Of a stretch of DNA of 64,000 nt, positions 12,941 to 23,323 are shown one piece after another. Below the pieces are notes generated by a model, which saw nothing but the letters and a program-made list of their open reading frames with translations, was not told the origin of the DNA and did not search any database. Each line of letters opens with the position of its first letter. Position 1 is the stretch's first letter. The position numbers and the translations under genes are program-made. The stretch is from assembly GCF_032444005.1 (NCBI RefSeq), contig NC_091286.1, positions 708,908,001 through 708,972,000 on the forward strand, read 5' to 3'. The stretch comes from Ranitomeya imitator. Lineage: Eukaryota.

Positions 12941-13745
12941 TGACTCCTAAGTCCAACATTGCCATCACTTCCCGGGAGACGGCTTCACGGCGGGCTTCCG
13001 GAATCCGGTAGGGCTTCACATGAACAGTGACGCCAGGCTCTGTGACAATCTCATGTTTCACCAACTTCGTCCGGCCAGGTTTTTCGGAGAAAAACTGTCG
13101 GTTCTGTAACAAAAATTGCTTAACCTCAGATTTTTGTCGTTCTGAGAGAGTCTCAGCAACCTGCACCTCTGGTACAGTAGGTGAACAAACCGGACGGGGC
13201 AGATCCGCCGTTAGGGCAGAGCGGTCTTTCCAGGATTTTATCAGATTCACATGATAAATCTGTTCAGGTTTTCTCTTACCCGGCTGGTACACTTTATAGT
13301 TCACTTCACCAACTCTTTCTCGGACCTCAAATGGGCCCTGCCATTTCGCCAGGAATTTATTATCCACCGTAGGGATTAGGACCAACACCCTATCGCCGGG
13401 TGCAAATGTACGGACCTTAGCGCCTATATCATAACTTTGCCTCTGGGCTCCCTGGGCCTGTAACATATGGTCCCTAACAATGGGCATGACAGCGGCAATA
13501 CGATCCTGCATTTGTGTTACATGGTCGATCACCGTTTTAAAGGGAGTGACTTGACCTTCCCAGGTTTCTTTTGCGACGTCCAGCAGTCCCCGGGGACGAC
13601 GGGCGTACAACAGTTCGAAAGGCGAAAATCCTGTGGAAGACTGGGGAACTTCCCTAATGGCAAATAGGGTAACAAGTAATCCCAGTTCTTCCCATCTTTG
13701 TCTATCGCCTTCCGGAGCATCTGTTTTAAGGTTTTGTTGAAGCGC

Positions 13746-16010
13746 TCAACCAGGCCATCTGTTTGAGGGTGATAGACAGACGTACGCAACGGGTCTATTT
13801 GTAAGAGCCTGCAGAGCTCCTTCATTACCCTCGACATAAAGGGAGTCCCCCTGGTCGGTGAGTATCTGTTTTGGAATTCCCACCCGACTAAACACTTGTA
13901 CCAATTCCTTGGCGATCGTCTTGGTAGCTGTGTTACGCAAAGGGACGGCTTCCGGGTAACGAGTGGCATAGTCCACGATGACGAGGATATGTTGGTGCCC
14001 ACGTGCGGATCGGGGAAGGGGCCCAACCAAATCCATCCCAATTCTCTCAAAAGGGACCCAGATGATAGGAAGGGGTACCAAAGGGCTACGGAACTGAGAT
14101 TTAGGGGCCGCGATTTGGCACTCTGGACAGGACTCACAATAGTTACGCACATCACAATGTATTCCAGGCCACACAAAACAATGCAATATCCTTTCTGTGG
14201 TTTTCTGTACCCACAGATGTCCCCCCATTATATGTCCGTGGGCCAAATCCAGTACCTTCCGCCGATAAGGTTTGGGTACCACTAACCGTTGCACTGTGTC
14301 TTCCCCTTTTTTTTCTACCTGGTAGAGCAAATCATTTTCAAGAACCATATACGGGTACGCTAGCCTAGTGTCAGGTTCTACGGGTACCCCATCTATCATT
14401 TTTACATTTTTCCTAGCCGGAGTCAGGGTAGGATCTTTCATTTGCTCGCTGTGGAAGTCATCCACCTGGACTCCCAAATCTGGCAGGCAGGGTGCCGGAT
14501 GGCTGTCTGCCTCCGCCTCTCGCTGAGGTTCCTCAGTTTCCTCTGTTTCCCCCGCCATGACGGAGAAGGGGTACTGAAGGTTAGATTCACTAACCTCCCC
14601 AGCAACATCTTCCTGTGGGGTCTCCTCTAGGGACTCTGGACCTCCAGATGGCATGGGAGAAGATTCACGGGTACAGCTACCGTGAAGGAGTAACTGATTC
14701 TCCCACAACTGCCAGAAATAGGGAAAATCCCTGCCCAGGATTACATCATGTAACAATGCGGGAATGAGTCCCACTTTGTGCTGCACTGACCCATATGGAG
14801 TAGAAATCCATATGACCGCTGTTAAGTACGAGCGGGTGTCACCATGCACACACGTCACAGAAAACTTGTCAGACGGACCAGACGGAAGTGCCACCAGACT
14901 AGCTTTCACCAGAGTCACCACACTTCCAGAGTCTAGTAATGCCACAACATTTTTCCCATCAACAGATAATTCACACAGGTGTTTCACTGTATCATTTTGA
15001 CCCGCATTCACACTCACTAGCTGTGTAACCAAAGACATGCGTTTTCTAGAGTCTATAACGTCGCACTGCATGGGTTCAGCGGTAACAGGACAGTTCGCAG
15101 AAACATGACCCTTCTCATGGCATCGGAAACACCTAACAGGTCCCCTACTGAGACCACCGTCCAATACTCTTGGTCTCAGAGTGCGAGCAGTCCCGGACTC
15201 CTCCCCCACAGTTTTAAGCGATTTTCCTTCACCCGTGGTCCCTGGAACAGTCTTACCGGTTCCACGAGGAGGAGGCACAGTCCGGGGTTTGGCGGTGTCG
15301 TCGGGAAGTCCTTCTGCCACGGAATAACGCTCGACCAACTCCACAAGTTGATCCGCTGTCGTGGGATTTCCTTGGCTTACCCACCTTTTCAGCGCTGGGG
15401 GTAGTACTCTCAGGTACTTGTCCAGGACAACCCGCTGGATTATTTCGGGTATTGTCAGTACCTCGGGTTGCAGCCATTTCTTTGTCAAGTAGATCAGGTC
15501 GAACATCTGAGACCGCGCTGGTTTATCTTGCTGGTATGTCCACTGATGTACCCTCTGTGCACGGACAGCCGTCGTCACACCCAGCCGGGCCAGGATCTCA
15601 GCTTTCAGCTTCTCAAAGTCCTGAGCGACCTCCGGGTCCAAATCATGGTAAGCTTTTTGGGCCTCGCCGGAGAGAAACGGGGCAATCAAATCGGCCCATC
15701 GTGCCTTCGGCCACTTCTCTCTCAATGCCGTCCGCTCAAACGTTGTCAGATATGCCTCGACGTCATCTTCTGCAGTCAGCTTTTGCCAGTATCGACTCAC
15801 ATGGATCCTTCTGGACTCTGCTTCCGGGTCAGCATCAGGCATGCTCACCAGGCGCTGCGCCACCTGTTGGAGAAGTTGGCGGTCTGCAACCGTCATGTCC
15901 AGTAACTCCTTCAGCTGTGTGGCCATCAAGCGATTAGCTTCGTGCTGTGCGGCAGTGGCCTGCTGCTGTACGGCAGTGGACTGTACTAAGGCTTTCACCA
16001 CGTCTTCCAT
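13746..16010 (-). CDS. Gypsy-B gag-PR-integrase ORF (probable start MEDVVK at 16010; frameshifted near 13850)
   Basis: SCAN-like KKWLQPEVLTIPEIIQRVVLDKYLRVLP, CCHC CFRCHEKGHVSANC, protease LLDSGS, integrase H..H..C..C and DLVGPL...TDQG. Confidence 0.88.
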   Translation of the reverse strand: MEDVVKALVQSTAVQQQATAAQHEANRLMATQLKELLDMTVADRQLLQQVAQRLVSMPDADPEAESRRIHVSRYWQKLTAEDDVEAYLTTFERTALREKWPKARWADLIAPFLSGEAQKAYHDLDPEVAQDFEKLKAEILARLGVTTAVRAQRVHQWTYQQDKPARSQMFDLIYLTKKWLQPEVLTIPEIIQRVVLDKYLRVLPPALKRWVSQGNPTTADQLVELVERYSVAEGLPDDTAKPRTVPPPRGTGKTVPGTTGEGKSLKTVGEESGTARTLRPRVLDGGLSRGPVRCFRCHEKGHVSANCPVTAEPMQCDVIDSRKRMSLVTQLVSVNAGQNDTVKHLCELSVDGKNVVALLDSGSVVTLVKASLVALPSGPSDKFSVTCVHGDTRSYLTAVIWISTPYGSVQHKVGLIPALLHDVILGRDFPYFWQLWENQLLLHGSCTRESSPMPSGGPESLEETPQEDVAGEVSESNLQYPFSVMAGETEETEEPQREAEADSHPAPCLPDLGVQVDDFHSEQMKDPTLTPARKNVKMIDGVPVEPDTRLAYPYMVLENDLLYQVEKKGEDTVQRLVVPKPYRRKVLDLAHGHIMGGHLWVQKTTERILHCFVWPGIHCDVRNYCESCPECQIAAPKSQFRSPLVPLPIIWVPFERIGMDLVGPLPRSARGHQHILVIVDYATRYPEAVPLRNTATKTIAKELVQVFSRVGIPKQILTDQGDSLYVEGNEGALQALTNRPVAYVCLSPSNRWPG

Positions 16011-16030
16011 GCTGTCGCCTGTGCCACGGT

Positions 16031-16049
16031 ATGCCCGCGTTCTCCACCA
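16031..16049 (-). promoter_or_regulatory. Primer-binding site, tRNA-Ala type
   Basis: + strand atgcccgcgttctccacca matches the vertebrate tRNA-Ala 3' end as I recall it (ATGCCCGCATTCTCCACCA) at 18/19; 3 nt from the 5' LTR. Confidence 0.85.
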
Positions 16050-17391
16050 CAATGTGACAAAACACTCTGGGATCGCCTTTGCTGGGGTCAAAGGCCACAT
16101 GGTTTGTGCATTGAATCTGAGGCGTACAGCAGGTTTCTGAGCAGGCTGACCTCAGGTCAGATTTATTAACGTGAAAGCAACACAAAAAACAAAACATAAA
16201 AATAAATCCTAGCCTGTCCGGCACTAACTAAACAAATACGTAGCTATCTCAACAACTGGGGGGCTTCTCCCACCCAGCTAACATCATACAGATCTTGAGC
16301 AGAGCTCTTCACTCACGTTTGTCTCACACAGGCAGGCAATCTGTGTGCCCCAGGCAGAGACTGGAAACACCCAGCTGGTCATCTTTTATTCCTGCAATCA
16401 TTAACCCATTAGCACCCTGAAGATACTGAGTGGCCTAATTCACATAGGACAAACACCTGGGCGAGATATACCTGCCTCCATCTACCACACCAGCATGAGT
16501 CTTACAGGGGACTTAAAGAATGAGAGCGATGGCGCCAAAGAGTATATACCGATCAGTTGCTAAGGTGGGGCCCCGACATGAGATACTCACCACACATGGG
16601 GATATGAACACACACACAAAATGCGCCACACACTACCACGTGCTTGAACACATATTACCCTCAGCACACATTTCACCACACATACACCAACCTCGCCACA
16701 TAAAAGTCGAAACACAAAAGTCGCCGCTCAAAACTCACCACGCGCAAAACTCGCCACATGCAAAAACTAGGCTCACGCAAAACTCGCCACAAGTGCAAAA
16801 CTCACCTCATGGAAAACTCGCCACACGCAAAACTTGCACACGCGGAAAAATTGCCACATGCACAAAATTTGCAACACATGCAAAAGTTGCCTCACACAAA
16901 ACTTGCACATACTCAAATGGCACCAGACATAAAACTCACCACGCGCAAAACTCGCCATGCACAAAACTTGCTGCACACAACTTGCTACACTAACCTGTCA
17001 CATGCAACTCAACACACAAAAGTTGCTACACGCATGTTGCCACACAAAACTCATCTCACAAAAGTCGCTACATGCATGTTGCCACACACAACTCAACACA
17101 CACAACTTGACAGACGAAACTCGCCCTAAAACACACACAAGTCTGGTATTAGCCTTCAAAAATAAAAATCTGATTAATAAGCAGACAAACTACAAGAGCA
17201 ACAAATGTACCATATAGGAAATACAGCAGCTGTCAGTCACATGACCTGTCTATTATGTGTATGTGTGAGCTAATATATATACTGCCAGGGGGAGGGCTTC
17301 CTGTTGGCTGAGGATTTATCAGGCTGCCAATTTATCTTACAAATACTGAGGTAAAAATACTGAGCAAATAACGTGTTAACGAGGTCTAATA

Positions 17392-17682
17392 CAGGAGGAG
17401 ATGACACACAGGTATATACTATATACAGGGGAGATGACACACAGATATATACTATATACAGGAGAGATGACACACAGGTATATACTATATAGAGGAGGAG
17501 ATGACATACAGGTACATACTATATACAGGAGGAGATGACATACAGGTATATACTAAATACAGGAGGAGATGACACACAGGTATATACTATATACAGGAGC
17601 AGATTACCTACAGGTATATACTATATACAGGAGGAGATGACATACAGGTATATACTATATATAGAAGGAGATGACATACAGG

Positions 17683-17723
<41 letters not shown>

Positions 17724-17880
17724 AGGAGATGACATACAGGTATATACTATATATAGGAGGAGATGACATACAGGTATATACTATATACAGGGGAGATGAC
17801 ACACAGCAGGTATATACTATATACAGGGGAGATGACATACAGGTATATACTATATACAGGAGATGACATACAGGTGTATA
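17392..17880. repeat. About 34-bp minisatellite plus (TA)n (17687-17721) in Helitron-2
   Basis: gagatgacatacaggtatatactatatacaggag copies. Confidence 0.9.
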
Positions 17881-18760
17881 ACATATATAAGGGAGATGAC
17901 AAATATGTATATACTGAGGTGAACATGAGAGGTGTGAGTGCAAAATGAGAGGAGTGAGGGAAAATAGTGTAGTGATCGGAAAATGACAGATGTGAGGTTG
18001 AAATGACAAGTGTTAGGCGGGAATGAGAGGAGTGAGGGAGAAAATGAGATGTGTGAGGGAGAAAATGAGAGATGTGAGGGGGAAACTGAAAGATGTGATT
18101 GGGAAAATGAGAGGCGTGATGGGAAAATAAGAGAAGTGAGGTGCTATAACTAACTACAGATATTTACTATGCCCAGGCAACGCCGGGCTCTTCAGCTAGT
18201 TCCATCATAAATCCCCAGATCTACGTCCTTCTACAGAACCTAATAATTGTATGATACAATATTGTTCTGCTCCAGGAAGACATCCAGGCCTCTCTTGAAC
18301 CCCTCGACTGAGTTCGCCATCACCACCTCCTCGGGCAAGCAATTCCAGATTCTCACTGCCCTAACAGTAAAGAATCCTCTTCTATGTTGGTGGAAAAACC
18401 TTCTCTCCTCCAGACGCAAAGAATGCCCCCTTGTGCCCGTCACCTTCCTTGGTATAAACAGATCCTCAGCGAGATATTTGTATTATCCCCTTATATACTT
18501 ATACATGGTTATTAGATCGCCCCTCAGTCGTCTTTTTTCTAGACTAAATAATCCTAATTTCGCTAATCTATAGGATAGAAAAACGAAGAGAAGGGTAGGA
18601 GGTTATCGCAAGTACACACTATTGTTTTAGGACTAGTAAACACTACTAATAAACTAGTAAACAAGTTCTCCAAAACTTTTTTGCGCCAAGTCCTCTCCAG
18701 AACTGTGCAAGTTTTTTGTGAGAGGAATAATTGCTCAAACCCGAGCACTAATGCTCTATT

Positions 18761-18778
18761 ATCCCACTGCTGCCACCA
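18761..18778 (-). promoter_or_regulatory. Primer-binding site, tRNA-Leu type (Gypsy-A)
   Basis: atcccactgctgccacca versus tRNA-Leu(AAG/TAG) 3' end ATCCCACCGCTGCCACCA (17/18, from recall); 3 nt from TGTCAC. Confidence 0.82.
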
Positions 18779-20350
18779 ATATGTCACAGTTCACATGGAG
18801 AATACCTTTATCATCCCCACCACTCACACCAATTTGTCATGAACCGGGGTGTTTGGTTGCCCCTGGTTCTTTCTGAAGGTGAATTTATCTATATCCCACT
18901 TTCCAGTTCCGGTTTGGAACTTGCAGCTCTCTGGCGCCCCCTGTCACGATTCACACCGTGACCGTCACCCCTATGTCACGAATCGGGGTGACTTTAGGCC
19001 AACAGACGGCTATCACATGTGCAGGGGGGCTTATCTTAGTTATCCCTCCACTCCACAATGTGATGGAAAAACACACACAAGGCTATTGACCTCTTAGTAT
19101 ACAGCAGGGGCTTATTCTAGGTATCCCACTGCTCTTCAATATATCACAAACTGCAGGGATTTATGTATATCCCGCTTACAGTTCCACTTAAAACTTGCAG
19201 CTCTCTGGCGCCCCCCTTATTCTCAGGTCAGATTAGGTACTGCACCTGGGGTAATTAGTCGCCAGAAAGGCTGCCTGCTATGTACTGGCTATTGGGCACG
19301 CTGCAGCGACGCGATAAACTACTCCCGCTCAGGCAGGAACAATTATCAACGTAGCAGTCGCTACAACAACACCCAACTACCCAGTACAAAACGTATGCTG
19401 TCACCAGCTTCGATTAAACGGGTCCGAAGCGAACCCAAAACAGTAGCGTAATTCCCTTCAGGAGACTTAGGGTACGTTTAGAGCTTGGAGAAAGAACTAG
19501 TATTATATAATATACCCCACAAAATTTAGGCAGTGCTTTATCAAAATATTTTACAAAGATGTTACAAATGAGACAATTGCAAATATGTACAAGGTAATTA
19601 TAACATAAAGGGATTACAGGAGAAAGGATAACACTCACATGTTTTCAAAGCATTGCAGGCAACCAGGCTAGTGGAGTTTCCATACGTCCCAGCTCATTGG
19701 ACGTGCTCAGGGCTCTCCAGGAAAAAGACAAGAAGAAACTGCTGGGATCTGGGCAGACAGTTATAGCTCCAGCCTGTGACATCCCAGAAAGGGGTTGGAT
19801 CACTTCGTCCCTCCTACCTCTTCAGTTAACTAATTTTACCCTAACTTTTATCTAATTTCTATAACTCCGCTACAAAACATGTCATAGTCATAACAAACCC
19901 AGCATTCATCTCGGATTAACGTGGGCATTCTAATGAGATCAAATATGTCCTTTCTGTGATACATATTTACAGAGAAATCTCTACTTCTTTACCAGATGGA
20001 GTTAGAAGCCCGTGTTTAGAGTGATGGGTAGATCCACCGAGGGAGATTAAGAATATATATTTTCGTGTTCTTATCTTAAATGGTTTGCCTAATATCTTAC
20101 AAAAACAGAACAAAGAACTTTCATGGATTCTGGAAATTTCTAATCCAGTCATAGCTGGAAAAGAGTTGGAGCCTTCCAAAGCGATCGTAAATTCCTTTCT
20201 TCAATAAAACTCCCCCCAGTACATTGGCACGGCAGCTCTTGGCTGAGTGAAATGGGAAGGGGGGCTTTTTAGCCCACAGCCTGCTAGCAAGAGAAACTAC
20301 TTATATGATATTTCATACCATATCGTGACACCTCCCCCTTTTGGTGTGCG

Positions 20351-21775
20351 CTAGGGAGGTAGAACCCCACGGTATGCCTCCATGAGCACCTCAGTAGGTT
20401 CACCCTGGCGGGACAGCCCATCTGCATTCCCATGCTCCCTGCCCGTTTTGTGTTCAATGGTGAAGTCAAACTGCTGAAGGGCAAGGCTCCAGCGTAGCAA
20501 CCTGCCGTTGGTTCCACACATGGTGTTTAGCCAGTGCAGAGGGTCGTGGTCGGTCACCACAGTGAAGGTGCGACCGTACAAGTAGGGCTGCAAGCGCTGC
20601 AGGGCCCAGACTATGGCCAGGCACTCCTTCTCGATGGTGGAGTAGGCCACTTCCCTCGGCAAAAGTTTCCAGCTCAGGTATAACATGGGGTGCTCTTGGT
20701 CCTCTGAGTCAACCTGGCTGAGCACAGCACCAAGGCCAAACTCGCTGGCGTCAGTCTGCACCAAGAACGGTCGACTGCTGTCGACTGCTTTCAACACAGG
20801 GGCGTTGCACAGTGCGGTTTTCAACGCCTGGAAGGCCCCCTCACAGCCATCTGTCCAGTTGACAATGTGGGGTAGCTTCTTCCTGGTGAGGTCCGTCAAG
20901 GGTTTTGCCAGGCTACTATAGTGCGGTACGAAGCGCCTATAGTACCCTGCAGTGCCCAGGAAGGACATCACCTGTTTCTTGGTCACGGGAGTGGGCCTGT
21001 TCACGATCACTCCCACTTTGTCAGGCTCTGGCTTTAGGGTGTTTCCGCCTACCCGGTTCCCCAGGTAGTGGACCTCCCTCATGCCCATCTGGCACTTTCC
21101 CGGCTTGATAGTCAGTCCTGCTTGGTGAAGTCGCCTGAGCACCTCCTCGAGATGCTGCAGGTGTTCCTCCCAGGAGGAACTGAAGATGGCAATGTTATCC
21201 AAGTATGCCACGGAGTACTTCTCCAGTCCCTGAAGCAGGAGGTTGACCATCCGCTGGAAAGTGGCAGGGGCATTCTTCATGCCGAAGGGCATGACCGTGG
21301 ACTTGTACAGTCCGAAGGGCGTGATAAAGGCGGACTTCTCCTGCGCCTCGGGGCTCAGGGGAATCTGCCAGTATCCTCTACTCAGATCCATTATTGTTAG
21401 GTAATCTGCCCCAGCTAACCTATCAAGCAGCTCCTGGATGCGCGGCATTGGGTGCGTGTCAGAGGCTGTGATGGCATCGAGCCCCCTGTAGTCCATGCAG
21501 AACCGGGTGGTCCGGTCTTTCTTTGGCACGAGAACTACAGGTGAGGCCTACGCGCTCTTTGACCGTCGAATCACCCCCAGCTGTAACATCTCATTGATCT
21601 CTTGGCGCATAATCTGCTGCACCTGGTCAGAGATTCGATAGGGTGTTCGCCGTAGTGGGGCGTGATTCCCGGTGTCCACCTCGTGGACTGCTAACTCAGT
21701 CCTCCTAGGTCGGTTGGAGAACATGACCTGGAAGGGTTCCAGTGTGGTTTGCAACCGGTAGGACGAAAGGTTCAC
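20351..21775 (-). pseudogene. Gypsy-C RT-RNase H (disrupted at its N-terminus)
   Basis: DLSRGYWQ, MPFGMKNAPATFQR, YLDN (YxDD altered), QTDASEFGLGAVL, EKECLAI, NADGLSR. Confidence 0.9.
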
Positions 21776-21793
21776 GTTCGTGATGAGCCTTCA

Positions 21794-23323
21794 TCATGTT
21801 GACGTGAAAGGCCTTTCGCCTACCCCGAGCGTGGTCAAGCGTGACCACGTAGGTGACCGGGTTGAGCTGTTCGTGGACGACGTAGGGCCCTCCCAGGCTG
21901 CCTGAAGCTTATCCTTTGGTACGGGGACCAGCACCCACACCTTTTGACCCACGTGGTAGGTCCGCTCCCGGGTATTCTGGTCGTACCAGTGCTTCTGGTC
22001 AGCCTGAGCCTGCGTTGTGTTGTCATGCACCAACTGCGTCAAGGTCTGCATCTTGTCACGGAAGCACATGACATACTCCACTATGGACACTTCAGAAGGG
22101 TTCGGCTCCTCTTCCCAGGATTCTCTTACCAACCCAAGGGGTCCCCGGACTCGCCTACCGTACAGGAGCTCGAAGGGGGAGAACCCCGTCGAGGCCTGCG
22201 GAACCTCTCGGTAAGCGAACAGCAGGTGTGGGAGGTACCGCTCCCAGTCGCGCCCTTGTGTATCAACCAGCATGCGTAGCATATGTTTGAGGGTACCATT
22301 GAAGCGTTCACACAAGCCATTGGTCTGTGGGTGATACGCAGTCGATACCAGGTGCTTCACTTGCATTCTCTTAAAGAGAGCCTCCATTAGGCTAGACATA
22401 AATTGGGTCCCTTGATCAGTAAGTATTTCCCTGGGAAATCCTACATGTGAAAAGATGGCCAACAAGGCATCCGCCACCTTATCTGCCCTAGTTGACGACA
22501 GAGCTACTACCTCTAGGTACCAGTTAGCGTAGTCTACCACAGTAAGGATGTATTGCTTTCCAGAGCTGCTGGAGACGGCCAGCGGGCCCATAATGTCCAC
22601 CGCGATTTTCTGGAAAGGCTCCTCTATCACTGGCAAAGGGATCAGGGGAGCCTTAAGAGCAGGCCCCGCCTTCCCCACTCTTTGACAAGTGATACAGGAG
22701 CGGCAGTAGTTTGACACATCTGTCCCCATCTCAGGCCAATAGATGTGTTGAGACAGCCAGGCCTTAGTTTTGCTGATCCCCAAGTGTCCAGCTAGCGGGA
22801 TCTCATGGGCAATACGCAACAACTCACCCCGGAATTGCTGCGGGACGACCAGCTGTCTTTCCCTCAACCACTCCTGTTGTGGTTTTCCGGGTACTGTCTC
22901 CCGGTATAACCTTCCTCGTTCCCAGAACACCCTCTCCTTATCAGTCACGGAGGTGGGTGTCTCGGCGAGTTGTCTCAAACTCTCTAGGCTCGCATCTGCA
23001 CGCAGAGCGGCCTGAAACTCCTGGCTAGGGGAAGCCAGAAGCGATGTCAGGGTCCCTTCCCCACAGGAACCCTCTTGGACCTGTTCTGGGTCCACCTCTG
23101 GTTCAGTCACAGTGATGACTGAGGAGGGTCCGGAAGGCAGACAGTTATCTGCGTTCCGGGCACTCTGACTGCGGGTGACAGCAGCTACGTAGGCTGTCTC
23201 CCCGGGGGTTTCTACAGACCCATCAGCCGGCGCTGCTATGGGCTCTACCTCCCCATCCACCCCCAACACTCCAGGGGCAGTGCTACTTATGGGCCAGTTA
23301 CCTTCCTCGGTGGCACTGGTCAC
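21794..23323 (-). CDS. Gypsy-C integrase (same frame as gag-PR, after a TAA stop)
   Basis: HEIPLAGHLG...CRSCITC, AVDIMGPL, TDQG, TNGLCERFN; frameshift near the C-terminus. Confidence 0.88.
   Translation of the reverse strand: MTSATEEGNWPISSTAPGVLGVDGEVEPIAAPADGSVETPGETAYVAAVTRSQSARNADNCLPSGPSSVITVTEPEVDPEQVQEGSCGEGTLTSLLASPSQEFQAALRADASLESLRQLAETPTSVTDKERVFWERGRLYRETVPGKPQQEWLRERQLVVPQQFRGELLRIAHEIPLAGHLGISKTKAWLSQHIYWPEMGTDVSNYCRSCITCQRVGKAGPALKAPLIPLPVIEEPFQKIAVDIMGPLAVSSSSGKQYILTVVDYANWYLEVVALSSTRADKVADALLAIFSHVGFPREILTDQGTQFMSSLMEALFKRMQVKHLVSTAYHPQTNGLCERFNGTLKHMLRMLVDTQGRDWERYLPHLLFAYREVPQASTGFSPFELLYGRRVRGPLGLVRESWEEEPNPSEVSIVEYVMCFRDKMQTLTQLVHDNTTQAQADQKHWYDQNTRERTYHVGQKVWVLVPVPKDKLQAAWEGPTSSTNSSTRSPTWSRLTTLGVGERPFTST

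Larger units (their letters stand above)
11269..16506 (-). mobile_element. Gypsy-B: full-length Gmr1-like LTR retrotransposon (gag/SCAN-PR-IN-RT-RH) with frameshifts
   Basis: 454-bp LTRs at 11269-11722 and 16053-16506 (6 differences by eye), GGGG TSD, tRNA-Ala PBS, PPT 11723-11740. Confidence 0.95.
11016..18199 (+). mobile_element. Helitron-2, non-autonomous (about 1.9 kb without Gypsy-B)
   Basis: 5' TCTACTATATAA; 3' gcccaggc-aac-gccgggc hairpin then CTAG; A^T insertion with no TSD; internal 34-bp repeat and (TA)n. Confidence 0.88.
10957..18571 (-). mobile_element. 5'-truncated CR1 LINE 3' end (about 430 bp: 10957-11015 plus 18200-18571), split by Helitron-2
   Basis: Carries the (gtaacata)n tail. 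The halves rejoin as cctatA^TTCCATC, nearly identical to 30930-31360. Host flanks rejoin as ccaaataaaag-aggatag, as in Gypsy-C. Confidence 0.9.

Noticed and set aside
13746-16100. Gypsy-B ORF starting at 16100 as in the ORF track
   Set aside because: That start lies inside the 5' LTR and spans the PBS; the plausible gag start is the ATG at 16010.
16031-18778. tRNA genes suggested by CCA-ending matches
   Set aside because: They are only 18-19-nt 3'-end matches that include CCA and sit beside LTR ends, so they are primer-binding sites and not tRNA genes.
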